Positions 8,365 through 17,613 of a stretch of 64,000 nucleotides of DNA are shown piece after piece. Location of the stretch: contig CAWAIF010000003.1 of NCBI GenBank assembly GCA_963782055.1, positions 6,048,001 through 6,112,000 on the forward strand, in the 5' to 3' direction. The position numbers were made by a program, and so were the translations under genes. Source of the DNA: an uncultured delta proteobacterium. Lineage in GTDB: Bacteria; Myxococcota_A; Polyangia; Polyangiales; Polyangiaceae. The stretch's first letter is position 1, and each line of letters begins with the position of its first letter. The notes under the pieces were generated by a model. That model ran no database searches. It had not been told where the DNA came from and saw only the letters and a list, made by a program, of their open reading frames with translations.

Positions 8365-9740
8365 TGCGCCTCGCCCGGATGACCACCGACGAGGTGCGCG
8401 CGCTGCTCGAGCGACCGCGCACGGCGGCGATCGTGCCGGTGGGCAGCGTGGAGCCGCACGGCCCGCACCTGGGCCTGTCGACCGACACCGTGATCAGCGA
8501 TCGCGCGGCGGAGCGGGCCGTGGCGCTGCTCGCAGCGAAGGGCGTGGACGCGGTGATCGCCCCCGCGGTGCCGTACGGCGTGACGCGCTACGCGGCGGAC
8601 TTCAAGGGCGCCATCGGCGTCGACGAGGCCGCGCTGGTGCCGTACGTCGCCGCGGTGTGCGCGAGCCTCCTCGCCGATGGCTTCGGCCGGGTGTGCCTGG
8701 TCAACAACCACCTGGAGCCCGCGCACGATCAGGCGGTGCGGGAGGCCGCGCTGCGCGTGGCGGGGCCGGACGGCGCGCCGCTGCACCGCGGGCGGGTGGT
8801 GGTGGCGTGCCCGCTGACGCGCCGGTGGGGCCGGACGCTGTCGGCGGAGTTCAAGAAGGGCAACTGCCACGCCGGCCGCTACGAGACGTCCCTGGCGATG
8901 GCGGCGGGCGAGGATGTGCGTGCAGAGTACAAGGAACTGCCCGCGATCCAGACCAGCCTCTCCGAGGGCATCAAGGCGGGCAAGGCGACCTTCGCGCAGA
9001 TGGGCCTGGACCGCGCGTACACCGGCGCGCCGGCGGAGGCGACGCGCGAGGAGGGGGAGGCGCTCTACGAGAAGCTCGGCGAGATGATCGCGGCGGAGGT
9101 GGTGGAGTCCTTCGACCGCCCGCCGCACGACTCGGCCCCGCTGGCGGCGGCGCGGCAGCGCGCGGGGCGCGCGGTGATGGCGGGCGAGTGGGCGGCGGCG
9201 CGGGCGGCGTTCGCCGAGCTCCGCGACCTCGTCGACGACGCGGCATCGCAGGGGCACCTGAGCGCGCTGGACGTGGCGGCGGTGGACGCGTCGCTCGCCG
9301 CGGTCAGCCGCAAGATGGGGGACGCCGACGCGGCGCGGCGCCACGGGGAGGCCGCGCGAAACGTGTATTCTGCACATGGCGCGCCGCAGCGGAGCGCGCT
9401 GTACCGCATCGAGCGCCTGGTGCTCGCGCACGTGGAGCCGGAGGACATGCCGGCGGACCGCCCGCGGGTGACGGTGGTCCACGCCGGGGTGGAGCACCCT
9501 GTGCGGTGGAGCCAGTTCACCATCGGGCGGTCGGTGGAGTGCGACCTGGTCATCTCGAAGGACACCGTGGCGCGGCTGCACGCGCGCATCGAGTGGGCGG
9601 AGGGCGGCTGGAAGGTCGCCGACCTCAACTCGGACAACGGCACGTGGTTCGAGGGCGCCTCCATCCGGCGGCGCGCCATCGCCGACGGCGAGGAGTACTC
9701 CATCGGCGGCGTTTCCATCCGGGTGCGGGTCTCCCGTTGA
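8364..9740 (+). CDS. creatininase-family amidohydrolase fused to a helical (TPR-like) segment and an FHA domain
   Basis: ATG overlaps the upstream TGA. Creatininase motifs GSVEPHGPHL, NNH, HAGRYETS; FHA motifs FTIGR..CD..ISKDTVARLHARI..DLNSDNGT. Confidence 0.85.
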   Translation: MRLARMTTDEVRALLERPRTAAIVPVGSVEPHGPHLGLSTDTVISDRAAERAVALLAAKGVDAVIAPAVPYGVTRYAADFKGAIGVDEAALVPYVAAVCASLLADGFGRVCLVNNHLEPAHDQAVREAALRVAGPDGAPLHRGRVVVACPLTRRWGRTLSAEFKKGNCHAGRYETSLAMAAGEDVRAEYKELPAIQTSLSEGIKAGKATFAQMGLDRAYTGAPAEATREEGEALYEKLGEMIAAEVVESFDRPPHDSAPLAAARQRAGRAVMAGEWAAARAAFAELRDLVDDAASQGHLSALDVAAVDASLAAVSRKMGDADAARRHGEAARNVYSAHGAPQRSALYRIERLVLAHVEPEDMPADRPRVTVVHAGVEHPVRWSQFTIGRSVECDLVISKDTVARLHARIEWAEGGWKVADLNSDNGTWFEGASIRRRAIADGEEYSIGGVSIRVRVSR

Positions 9741-9762
9741 CGTCGATGGGGGCGAAGGGCGC

Positions 9763-10902
9763 ATGACGCGGGCAATCCGTCCCGGGATGACGGGCGCGCT
9801 CGTCGCGCTCGCGATCGGCTGCGGCCCCGCGGCCCCTCCTCCCGACTCCGGCGCCGGTCAGACCGGTGCCACACGACCCGCCGTCGTGCAGGCCGCGACC
9901 GACGTCTGCCCGCGCTTCGAGACGACCAGCCCGGGCCCCGTGTACCCCACCCGTCGCGCCTTCCCCGGCGTGGGGGCGATCGCGCTCGGTCCCCGTGACG
10001 TCGTCTACCGCGAGGGCAACCGCCTGCGCGCGGTCGCCATCAACGGGCGATCGGAGCCTCGAACAATCTACGAGGGCCAGGAGAACCTGGGCGCATCCAT
10101 CGTCGTCGACGACGCCTCGGCGTTCGTGGCGGACGACCGGGGGCTGCTGCGGATCCCGCTGACAGGAGGCCCGCCGGCGACGCTCGCCATCTCCGGCGCC
10201 CCCGGCGCGGCGTACGAGCCGGTGCTCGCCGGCCCACGGTACGTCTACGTCGTGGCGACGCGCGGGTGCACGACGCCCCAGGACTGCGCGAAGGCCGACC
10301 GACTGCTCCGCGTCCCGAGGGGCGGCGGCAAGAGCGAGGCGCTTCGGGGCGCGCCGCCGGACGCGAGCCCGCTGCTCGCCACCGGGGACGGCCTCGTCTT
10401 CACGACGACTGAGAAGGGCCCCGACGGCAAGGCGATCGTCGTCCTCTGGCGATGGAAGGACGGGGACAGCGCGGCGACGATCAGCCGGGTCGTCCTGAAG
10501 TTCAACTTTGCGCAGGGGGAGTCGTTCGTCGCGGGCGCGCAGGCGGAAGGTGACACGATCTTCCTCGCCACGACCTTCGGCGACATCTTCGGCATCCCCG
10601 CCTCGGGCGGCGCCGCGCGATTTCTCAAGGGCTCCGCGGGCGGCGTCACCGCCTTCGCGATGAACCGCCGCTTCTTCTTCACGTCGCACCAGGTCGGCGG
10701 CCCCCGCTACACCCTGCAGATCCCGCGCGACGGCGTGGTCGACCGCCGCGCCAGCGACAGCGCGCAGATGTCCATCCTCGCGGGCGACAGCCTCCGCGCG
10801 AACGGCGCTTGCGCGTGCGCCACCGCGATCGTCTTCGGCGACCCGCACTCGAGCGCGCACCACGGGACGCTGGAGTGCGCCCTCGTCCCCTTCCGCGAGT
10901 AG
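9763..10902 (+). CDS. hypothetical lipoprotein, probable beta-propeller
   Basis: Lipobox ALAIGC and repeated beta-strand motifs (LLRIPLTGG, LLRVPRGGG, IFGIPASGG). Confidence 0.65.
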   Translation: MTRAIRPGMTGALVALAIGCGPAAPPPDSGAGQTGATRPAVVQAATDVCPRFETTSPGPVYPTRRAFPGVGAIALGPRDVVYREGNRLRAVAINGRSEPRTIYEGQENLGASIVVDDASAFVADDRGLLRIPLTGGPPATLAISGAPGAAYEPVLAGPRYVYVVATRGCTTPQDCAKADRLLRVPRGGGKSEALRGAPPDASPLLATGDGLVFTTTEKGPDGKAIVVLWRWKDGDSAATISRVVLKFNFAQGESFVAGAQAEGDTIFLATTFGDIFGIPASGGAARFLKGSAGGVTAFAMNRRFFFTSHQVGGPRYTLQIPRDGVVDRRASDSAQMSILAGDSLRANGACACATAIVFGDPHSSAHHGTLECALVPFRE

Positions 10903-10911
10903 ACGCGGCGC

Positions 10912-11535
10912 TCAGCGCGCCCAGAGCTGCACGGCGTACGCGCCCTCGCCGTCGCCGACGGAGACCGCCAGCGTGGCGTCGTCCGCCTGCTTGAAGCACA
11001 CCGCCTCGTCCGGCGCGATGGCGTGGTCGATCGGGTCGGTGTGGTACTGCGCGGCGGTGGCGCCGGTAGAGTCCAGCACCAGCACGACCAGGTTCTTGAT
11101 GCCGGGGCTCGCCACGCCGTAGACGCGATAGCAGCGGCCCGCCTCCGCGTGGAAGCGATGGTCGACGGCGGTGGAGGTGGGCTTGAGCGAGCCGGCGGCG
11201 GTCACGCGGGCCGGCTTCGTCCCGGTGGCCTTCGCGCAGCCCTGCGCCAGCGCCGCGACCGAGCGCGACGGATCCGCCCCCGGCGTGAAGCGTGCGTGGC
11301 ACGCCGCCCAGCCCGCCTGAGGCCTGCGCTCCACGCGCGCGGAGGTCAGCTGGTAGGGGGGAGGCACCATCGCGTCGGGCAGGGAGGTGATCGCCGCGGT
11401 GGACGGCGAGACCGCAGCGTCGACCGGGGCGCCCGCGTCGGCGGGGGCCGGACGCGGGGTGACCACCTTGGGCGGGGGCTCCTTGCCGCCGCACGCGGCG
11501 AGCACAAGGAGCACGGGGAGTCCTCGGAGACGCAT
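10912..11535 (-). CDS. hypothetical lipoprotein
   Basis: Lipobox LVLAAC, Pro-rich linker, C-terminal domain GRCYRVYGVA..AVCF..GEGAYAVQLWAR. Confidence 0.75.
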   Translation of the reverse strand: MRLRGLPVLLVLAACGGKEPPPKVVTPRPAPADAGAPVDAAVSPSTAAITSLPDAMVPPPYQLTSARVERRPQAGWAACHARFTPGADPSRSVAALAQGCAKATGTKPARVTAAGSLKPTSTAVDHRFHAEAGRCYRVYGVASPGIKNLVVLVLDSTGATAAQYHTDPIDHAIAPDEAVCFKQADDATLAVSVGDGEGAYAVQLWAR

Positions 11536-11623
11536 CGGCGCGGAGCCTACCCCAACTCCCGCGCCGCGGCGCGCCTTCGAACCAAAGCCTGTATCCGGAA
11601 CGCCACACGCGAGGCGCAGCGGT

Positions 11624-11671
11624 CGTAGGCAATTCGTCGGGGCTGGTGCGCGCCGTAGGTAATTCGCCGGG
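11624..11671. repeat. 18-bp direct repeat pair (candidate enhancer-binding-protein sites)
   Basis: CGTAGGCAATTCGTCGGG (11624-11641) and CGTAGGTAATTCGCCGGG (11654-11671): 2 mismatches, 30-bp period. Confidence 0.7.
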
Positions 11672-11735
11672 CGCCGATCGTCGGCATGCTCGCGATCCGC
11701 CAGACGGCGCCGCGAGATCCGTACGCGGCACCGTC

Positions 11736-11751
11736 TGGCATCCGCCGTGCA
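11736..11751 (+). promoter_or_regulatory. sigma54-type -24/-12 promoter
   Basis: TGGCATCCGCCGTGCA with exact GG-N10-GC spacing, upstream of the ATG at 11765. Confidence 0.55.
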
Positions 11752-11764
11752 CTGGGGGACTGCC

Positions 11765-12520
11765 ATGAACACTTCCACTCGCTTCGCCTTCCTCGGCCTC
11801 CCGCTCGCTCTCGGCGCGTGCTCCCTGTCCTCCTCCTCGTCGCCACCCCCCGGCAACGACAGCGGCCCGCACCACTCCACCGAGTTCACCACCGACCAGC
11901 TCCGCCCCTCGATGAGCGCGCAGTCGGACGGGCACAACCTCACCATCTTCGCCGCGGTGATGACCCACGACGGCAGCCTGGTGAAGGTGGACGGCACCGA
12001 CTGGCTGACCGCCTCCCTGGACGGCAGCCCCGACCTGCTCCTCGACTGGCAGAGCGACGACCCTCCGCACTACGTGGTGAAGGCGCTCGCCCCCACCGAC
12101 GCGACCGACGCCGTGGTGACGCTCCACCGCGCCAACGGGGAGACCGACGCCGTCCACCTGCAGGTACCCGGCGCCTTCGATCTCGCCGGCGACATCCCCA
12201 CCGACGTGCAGCGAGACCAGAGAGTCACCCTTCACGTCACCCCTGCCCCCGATCCCGACGGCGTCTGGTTCGTCTACGCCGACGGCCCGTGCGCCAACTA
12301 CGGCGACGCTCCCTCGAGCTTCGTGGCGAAGCCCTCCGGCGACACGCTGACCTTCACCGCCAAGCTGGACGACCGTGTCGCGAGCGGCGGCTCGTGCACC
12401 GCGACGATGAAGGTGCAGCACCTGACCATGGGCACCGCCGACCCGACGTTCGCCGCCGGCTACCCGATGGATCTGCTCGGCGTCCAGGAGCGCCGCTTCG
12501 TCGTGACCTTCGAGCCCTAA
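11765..12520 (+). CDS. hypothetical lipoprotein
   Basis: Lipobox LALGAC, strong GC3 bias. Confidence 0.75.
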   Translation: MNTSTRFAFLGLPLALGACSLSSSSSPPPGNDSGPHHSTEFTTDQLRPSMSAQSDGHNLTIFAAVMTHDGSLVKVDGTDWLTASLDGSPDLLLDWQSDDPPHYVVKALAPTDATDAVVTLHRANGETDAVHLQVPGAFDLAGDIPTDVQRDQRVTLHVTPAPDPDGVWFVYADGPCANYGDAPSSFVAKPSGDTLTFTAKLDDRVASGGSCTATMKVQHLTMGTADPTFAAGYPMDLLGVQERRFVVTFEP

Positions 12521-12745
12521 TCCCCGGGCCCTCTCGCGCTCGCTTCCCTCTCGCACCCGCGCGAAGGGAGCGAAGCGGGGGGGCGAGCGCGGGCGCCGCG
12601 GCTTGCCAAATCGGCGTTCGTGATCCTCGAACGCCGAACTTCGCGAGCAAAGCGAGCGCCGCGTGGGGTGGTACCCCAAACAAAAAAACCGCGTTTTTCG
12701 GGGCGGGGCGGCGCGTGCCGCCCCGTGAGACAAGACCTAAATCGG

Positions 12746-12772
12746 ACGAGCGCGATTCCGAATCGCGCTCGT
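12746..12772. terminator. perfect 13-bp inverted repeat between convergent genes
   Basis: ACGAGCGCGATTC-C-GAATCGCGCTCGT, 4 nt beyond the stop of the minus-strand M14 gene. Confidence 0.6.
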
Positions 12773-12776
12773 TCAT

Positions 12777-14465
12777 TTAAATCTCGATGTCCAGCCTCGC
12801 CGCGCCGACACGCAGCCCGCTCGCGGTGACGTGCAGCACGCCGCGCCCCTTCACCACGAAGCTCGCCACCCTGGACGCGCCGTTGCCCTTGCTCCGCATG
12901 TGGAAGATGCTCGCGCCGGAGTCGAAGAGGCCGCGGCCCCAGCCCTCCAGGTGCCCCAGCTCCACCCGCGCGTCACCGACGACCTCGCACCCCTCCGCGG
13001 CGACGTGCACGAAGACGCGCGCGTCGAGCGCCAGCTTCTTCGCCGAGGCGAGCACGTACGAGGGCAGGTAGCCCTCGTTTTCCACCACCAGGCGCACGCG
13101 CGTCACGCCGTCGCCCAGCGCCTCGGTATGTGTATGATGCACGCGAATCGCCGGCGCCATCGCCGCGACGCGCAGGAACGTCTTCGCCTGCTTCTCGCAA
13201 ACCTCGCCCAGCCGCTCGTACGGCGGGTTGGAGAGGCCCACGCGCATGTCCAGGCCGCCCACCTCCACCTCGCCGAGCTGCGGGTGGGTCACCTTCTTCC
13301 ACGGGCGAAAGACACGTCCCTTGTTCTTCTCGGCGTCCCACTTGGCGAAGCGGACGAGATCGTCGCGCGTGAGGAAGGCGTAGTGGTCGACGAAGGGCTT
13401 GCGGCGCGGGATGCCCAGCTCGCGGAACAGGTCCCAGATCTCCACCGTGTACCCGAGCGCCCCGCGCTGGTGATACGCGTAGTCGATCACGTCCCCGCGC
13501 AGCGGCTTGTCCGGCTCGTAGAGGAACTCGTGGTACCCGCTCACCGTGGGGTAGCCCCCGTACTGCTCCCCCCACGCCTCGATCTGCCGGTACACCGCCA
13601 GGTCGAAGGGCTCCATCTTGGAGTCGGGCGCGTTGCCGAGCGGGCGGATCTGCACCCCGCCGAAGGTGTGCAGGTCCAGCCACGCCACGATGTGCGGCCG
13701 CGCGCTGGTGAACTCCACCACCGCCCGCGACTCCGGCTCGCTCGTCGGGAAGCTCCCCGCGCCAATCTGCTCCGGCTCCGGCGCCCAGGCGTACGGGAAG
13801 TTGCGGTTCATGTCGGTGTCGTTGTCCGACAGGAAGTACGGGTCGGGGATGGTGTGGCCGTCGAAGTGCTCGATGATCCCCTCGGGGTAGACCTTGTAGA
13901 AGGGCCCGACGTCCTCCAGCGTGCGCGGCACGAGCACGCCGGGCGCCTCCTTCGACAGGGCGAACTCACCGGCGGGATCCGCCACGCGCATCACCAGCGA
14001 GACGCCGTTGCCGTCCACGTCCTTGCAGATCCAGCGCGGCGTCGGCGCGTGGTGGCGCCGGTCGCGGTCGTTGCTGCGCACGTAGCCGCCCGTCCGCAGG
14101 ATGGACTCCGCGCCGTCCGGCGAGATGCGCGGCATCACGTAGAAGAGCACCTCGCGCAGCCTCTCGCAGACATGCGCGGGCAGGTCGCGCACCGTCTGCG
14201 AGCCGGTGTGCAGGGCGATGACGTCCTCCGCCATCGCCAGCGCCACGCTCGATCCCGCCAGCTCGGAGGCGTGCATGTTGCCGCCGACCCACACCGCCGG
14301 GCGCGCGCGGTCCGGCTCCGGGCCGATGACCAGCACCCACAGGTCACGCCCGCCCGTCGACTTGCCGATGCTCTGCAGACGGACGTGGCCGGGGTGCTTT
14401 TTCGCCCAGTCCTGAAGCGTCCGGGTGATCTCGTCGTAGGTGAGGTAGTTCTCGCGGAAGGACAT
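12777..14465 (-). CDS. M14 zinc carboxypeptidase family
   Basis: SIGKSTGGRDLW, NMHASE (HxxE), PRISPDG, DMNRNFP, SEPESRAV, DLHTFGG. The real start is the ATG at 14465. Confidence 0.9.
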   Translation of the reverse strand: MSFRENYLTYDEITRTLQDWAKKHPGHVRLQSIGKSTGGRDLWVLVIGPEPDRARPAVWVGGNMHASELAGSSVALAMAEDVIALHTGSQTVRDLPAHVCERLREVLFYVMPRISPDGAESILRTGGYVRSNDRDRRHHAPTPRWICKDVDGNGVSLVMRVADPAGEFALSKEAPGVLVPRTLEDVGPFYKVYPEGIIEHFDGHTIPDPYFLSDNDTDMNRNFPYAWAPEPEQIGAGSFPTSEPESRAVVEFTSARPHIVAWLDLHTFGGVQIRPLGNAPDSKMEPFDLAVYRQIEAWGEQYGGYPTVSGYHEFLYEPDKPLRGDVIDYAYHQRGALGYTVEIWDLFRELGIPRRKPFVDHYAFLTRDDLVRFAKWDAEKNKGRVFRPWKKVTHPQLGEVEVGGLDMRVGLSNPPYERLGEVCEKQAKTFLRVAAMAPAIRVHHTHTEALGDGVTRVRLVVENEGYLPSYVLASAKKLALDARVFVHVAAEGCEVVGDARVELGHLEGWGRGLFDSGASIFHMRSKGNGASRVASFVVKGRGVLHVTASGLRVGAARLDIEI

Positions 14466-14467
14466 GC

Positions 14468-16000
14468 TCACACCGGCAGGACCATGTGCTTGCGCCGCGG
14501 CCGCCCCTCCACCTTGCCCGCGTAGCGCGCGAAGCGGGTGGCGATCTCCTTGCGGAGCCGCTCGCCAGGGACGACCGCGTCGATCACCAGCTCGCTCGCC
14601 AGCTTCATGATGTCGATGTCCTCGCGGTACTCGTCGCGCAGCTTCGCCACGAAGGCGTCGCGCTCCGGCCCGGCGGGGACCTCCTGGATCTTGTTGTAGT
14701 AGACCGCGTTGACCGCCGCCTGCGGCCCCATGACCGCGATGGAGGCGCTGGGCAGCGCGATGCACGCGTCCGGCTCGAAGGCGGGGCCGCACATGGCGTA
14801 GAGCCCGGCGCCGTAGGCCTTGCGCACCACCACCGAGAGCTTGGGCACCGTCGCCTCGCTCACCGCGGCGATCATCTTGGCGCCCGCGCGGATGATCCCC
14901 TGCCGCTCCACCTTGGTGCCGATCATGAAGCCGGGCACGTCGGCGAGGTACAGCAAGGGGATGTTGAAGGCGTCGCACAGCCAGATGAAGCGCGCAGCCT
15001 TGTCCGCCGAGTCGACGAAGAGCACGCCGCCCAGCCACTTGGGCTGGTTGGCGACGACGCCGACCACGCGCCCCTCGATCCGGGCGAGGCCGGTCAGGAT
15101 CTCCCGCGCGAAGAGCGCCTTGATCTCCAGCCAGGAGCCCTCGTCGATGATCTCGCGGATCACCGCCATCATGTCGAAGAACTTGTTCTCGTCGGCGGGG
15201 ATCAGCTCCTCGATGCGCTTGCCGCTCCTGGCGGGCGCGCGCGGCGCCACGTCCGGCGGCAGCCCCGCCTCGCTGGAGGGGAAGTAGGCGAGGTAGCGCT
15301 TGCAGAAGGCGATCGCCTCGTCCTCCGTCTTCACCAGCACGTCCCCGCAGCCGGAGACCGAGCAGTGCATCTTGGCGCCGCCCATCTCCTCCAGGGTCAC
15401 CTTCTCGCCGATCACCATCTCCGCCATGCGCGGCGAGCCGAGGTACATGGCGGCGTTGCCCTCCACCATCACCACGACGTCGCAGAAGGCGGGGATGTAC
15501 GCGCCGCCCGCGGCGCTCGGGCCGAAGAGCAGGCACACCTGAGGCACCTGCCCGCTGAGCTGTACCTCGTTGTAGAAGATGCGACCCGCGCCGCGTCGCC
15601 CGGGGAACATCTCGATCTGGTCGGTGATGCGCGCGCCGGCGGAGTCGACGAGGTAGAGCATGGGGACGCGCAGGTCTCGCGCCGTCTCCTGGATGCGGAG
15701 GATCTTCTCCACCGTGCGGCGGCCCCACGAGCCCGCCTTGATGGTGGAGTCGTTGGCCATGATCGCGACCGTTCGCCCCGCGACCATCGCCGTGCCGGTG
15801 ATCACGCCATCGGCGGCGAGCTCGGGGTCCAGGTTGTTCGCCAGCTCCGCGTCCTCGACGAAGCTCCCGGCGTCCACGAGCCGCGCGATGCGCTCCCGCG
15901 CGAAGAGCTTCCCCGCGTTGGCGTTCTTCTGGTGGTACTTCGGCGCGCCCCCCTTCTCCACGCGCTCCAGCGTTTCTTCGAGTTTCTTGCCTGCGGTCAT
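14468..16000 (-). CDS. acyl-CoA carboxylase carboxyltransferase (beta) subunit
   Basis: ARERIARLVD, DSAGARI, GPSAAGGAY, EMGGA, ADVPGFMIG, RKAYGAG, AVMGP. Confidence 0.95.
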   Translation of the reverse strand: MTAGKKLEETLERVEKGGAPKYHQKNANAGKLFARERIARLVDAGSFVEDAELANNLDPELAADGVITGTAMVAGRTVAIMANDSTIKAGSWGRRTVEKILRIQETARDLRVPMLYLVDSAGARITDQIEMFPGRRGAGRIFYNEVQLSGQVPQVCLLFGPSAAGGAYIPAFCDVVVMVEGNAAMYLGSPRMAEMVIGEKVTLEEMGGAKMHCSVSGCGDVLVKTEDEAIAFCKRYLAYFPSSEAGLPPDVAPRAPARSGKRIEELIPADENKFFDMMAVIREIIDEGSWLEIKALFAREILTGLARIEGRVVGVVANQPKWLGGVLFVDSADKAARFIWLCDAFNIPLLYLADVPGFMIGTKVERQGIIRAGAKMIAAVSEATVPKLSVVVRKAYGAGLYAMCGPAFEPDACIALPSASIAVMGPQAAVNAVYYNKIQEVPAGPERDAFVAKLRDEYREDIDIMKLASELVIDAVVPGERLRKEIATRFARYAGKVEGRPRRKHMVLPV

Positions 16001-16173
16001 CGGTAGGCCCGCACGGTACCCGAACCGCGGCCCGATGCCGAGGGGACAGGTCGCCGGGCTCGCCGCCCTGACATGCTCCGCTGATCAGGTGCGTGCATGT
16101 CCGACCGATCGGGGAAGCGCGCCGTGATGACGCTTGCCATGTCCACCGTCCGTCTCGCATCCTCGGAAGGACG

Positions 16174-17607
16174 ATGAGCTCGGTTCCGGGTCGGAAAGAC
16201 GGCGACGGCAGGGCACCCGCCGGGACCGACCCGAAGGAGCCCCGCAAGGAGCCGCGCACGCGCACGGCCCCGATGATGCCGGCCACGCAGGCGCCCCCGG
16301 CCGCGCCGCCCTCGCAGGAGCCGGCGGTCGTGGTCTCTCGCGTGCTGGACGTGGGGCCGCCGCTCGTCCCGCGCCATCGCCCCCAGGCCCCGCCCCCGGA
16401 GGCGCCGCCGCCGGTGCCGCCGCCCCCGCCCGTGCCCGCCGTGGCGGTCCCGCCGGTGCGCTCGGCGGCCGCGACCCTCGGCGCGATGCCGGCGATGCGC
16501 CCGCGCGCGCCCACGCTCATCGACTCCACGCCCCCACCCGCGCAGCCCCCGCGCGGCGCGCCGGAGGCCCCCCCGCCCTCGACACGCCACGGCCGTCCGG
16601 CCGCGCCGCCGGTCGACGTCGAGCTCCCGCCCAGCGAGAGCCTCTGGGACAGCGTGGAGGCCCTGCTCGACGACGTCGACGCCGGCTTCGGCGCCATCAT
16701 GGATGGCCCGCCCAACACGCTGCGCGACCCGCAGACGGGCGGGGCGGTGCCCGGTACCGGGATGAAGTCCCCGAGCGGCGGGATGTCCGGCGCGCGTGAG
16801 CTCTTCGCGCAGCTCGCCACCTCGCACGTCCGGCACGTGCGCGACTTCATGATCGACGTGAAGTCCGGCCAGGCCACCGCCGACTGGCTGCCCATCTGCG
16901 AGCCGGCGGTGCGCTCGGTGCGGCAGATGGCCGAGCAGCTCGACCTGCCGGAGCTGTGCAAGGGCCTGGACGGCTACCTCGCCGCGCTCAAGACCGCCGC
17001 GGAGGAGTCCGGCTTCTCGGTGGACGGCATGGTGCGCGACCTGTTGCTCGCCGCCTACGAGCCGCTCGTCACGGCGATGCCCTCCGCCTTCGGCCTGGAC
17101 GCGGTCAAGAGCCGCCGCGAGGGGATCATCGTGCAGTCGCTGCTGTTGCAGATCCCCGACGTGCGCAAGGTCACCATCGACAAGCTCTACGCCAACGGCC
17201 TGACGGCCCTCGACGCCTTCTTCCTCGCCAAGGCGGACGAGATCGCCCTGACGACAGGCATCGACCGCGCCATCGCCGAGAAGATCGTGGACCGCTTCGC
17301 CCGCTACAAGAAGGAGCTGCAAGGCGGCGCGCTGGACGAGGCACGCAGCTTCGAGCACAAGCGCCTGGACGAGCTCGCGGGCGAGCTCGCCACCCAGCAG
17401 GCCGCCTTCGAGGAGGCGGAGCGCAAGGACGAGTCGAGCAAGAAGCGCGCGGCGCGCAAGGCGCGCGAGGCCGTGCTGCTGGAGGTCAAGGTCCTGATGG
17501 CCCGCCTCGGCGAGGTCGAGCGCGTCAACGTCATCGAGCGTCTGCCCTTCTCCAAGAAGGTGGCGGAGCTCCGGAAGTACCTCGAAGAAGCCAGGGAGCG
17601 AACGTGA
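16174..17607 (+). CDS. Pro-rich N-terminus + HPt-like helical bundle + helix-hairpin-helix + coiled-coil protein
   Basis: Low-complexity Pro-rich N-terminus, then AVRSVRQMAEQLDLPEL (HPt-like, no His), LLQIPDVRKVTIDKL..TGIDRAIAEKI (HhH) and a charged coiled coil. Start uncertain. Confidence 0.7.
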   Translation: MSSVPGRKDGDGRAPAGTDPKEPRKEPRTRTAPMMPATQAPPAAPPSQEPAVVVSRVLDVGPPLVPRHRPQAPPPEAPPPVPPPPPVPAVAVPPVRSAAATLGAMPAMRPRAPTLIDSTPPPAQPPRGAPEAPPPSTRHGRPAAPPVDVELPPSESLWDSVEALLDDVDAGFGAIMDGPPNTLRDPQTGGAVPGTGMKSPSGGMSGARELFAQLATSHVRHVRDFMIDVKSGQATADWLPICEPAVRSVRQMAEQLDLPELCKGLDGYLAALKTAAEESGFSVDGMVRDLLLAAYEPLVTAMPSAFGLDAVKSRREGIIVQSLLLQIPDVRKVTIDKLYANGLTALDAFFLAKADEIALTTGIDRAIAEKIVDRFARYKKELQGGALDEARSFEHKRLDELAGELATQQAAFEEAERKDESSKKRAARKAREAVLLEVKVLMARLGEVERVNVIERLPFSKKVAELRKYLEEARERT

Positions 17608-17613
17608 GGGGAC

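Noticed and set aside
11624..11671. Direct repeats as a mini CRISPR array
   Set aside because: Only two 18-bp units with a 12-bp spacer, and no cas genes.
12777..16961. 1394-aa ORF as a giant M14 peptidase fusion
   Set aside because: Only 12777-14465 looks like real protein. The upstream part is an off-frame read of the carboxyltransferase and antisense of 16174+, kept open by high GC.
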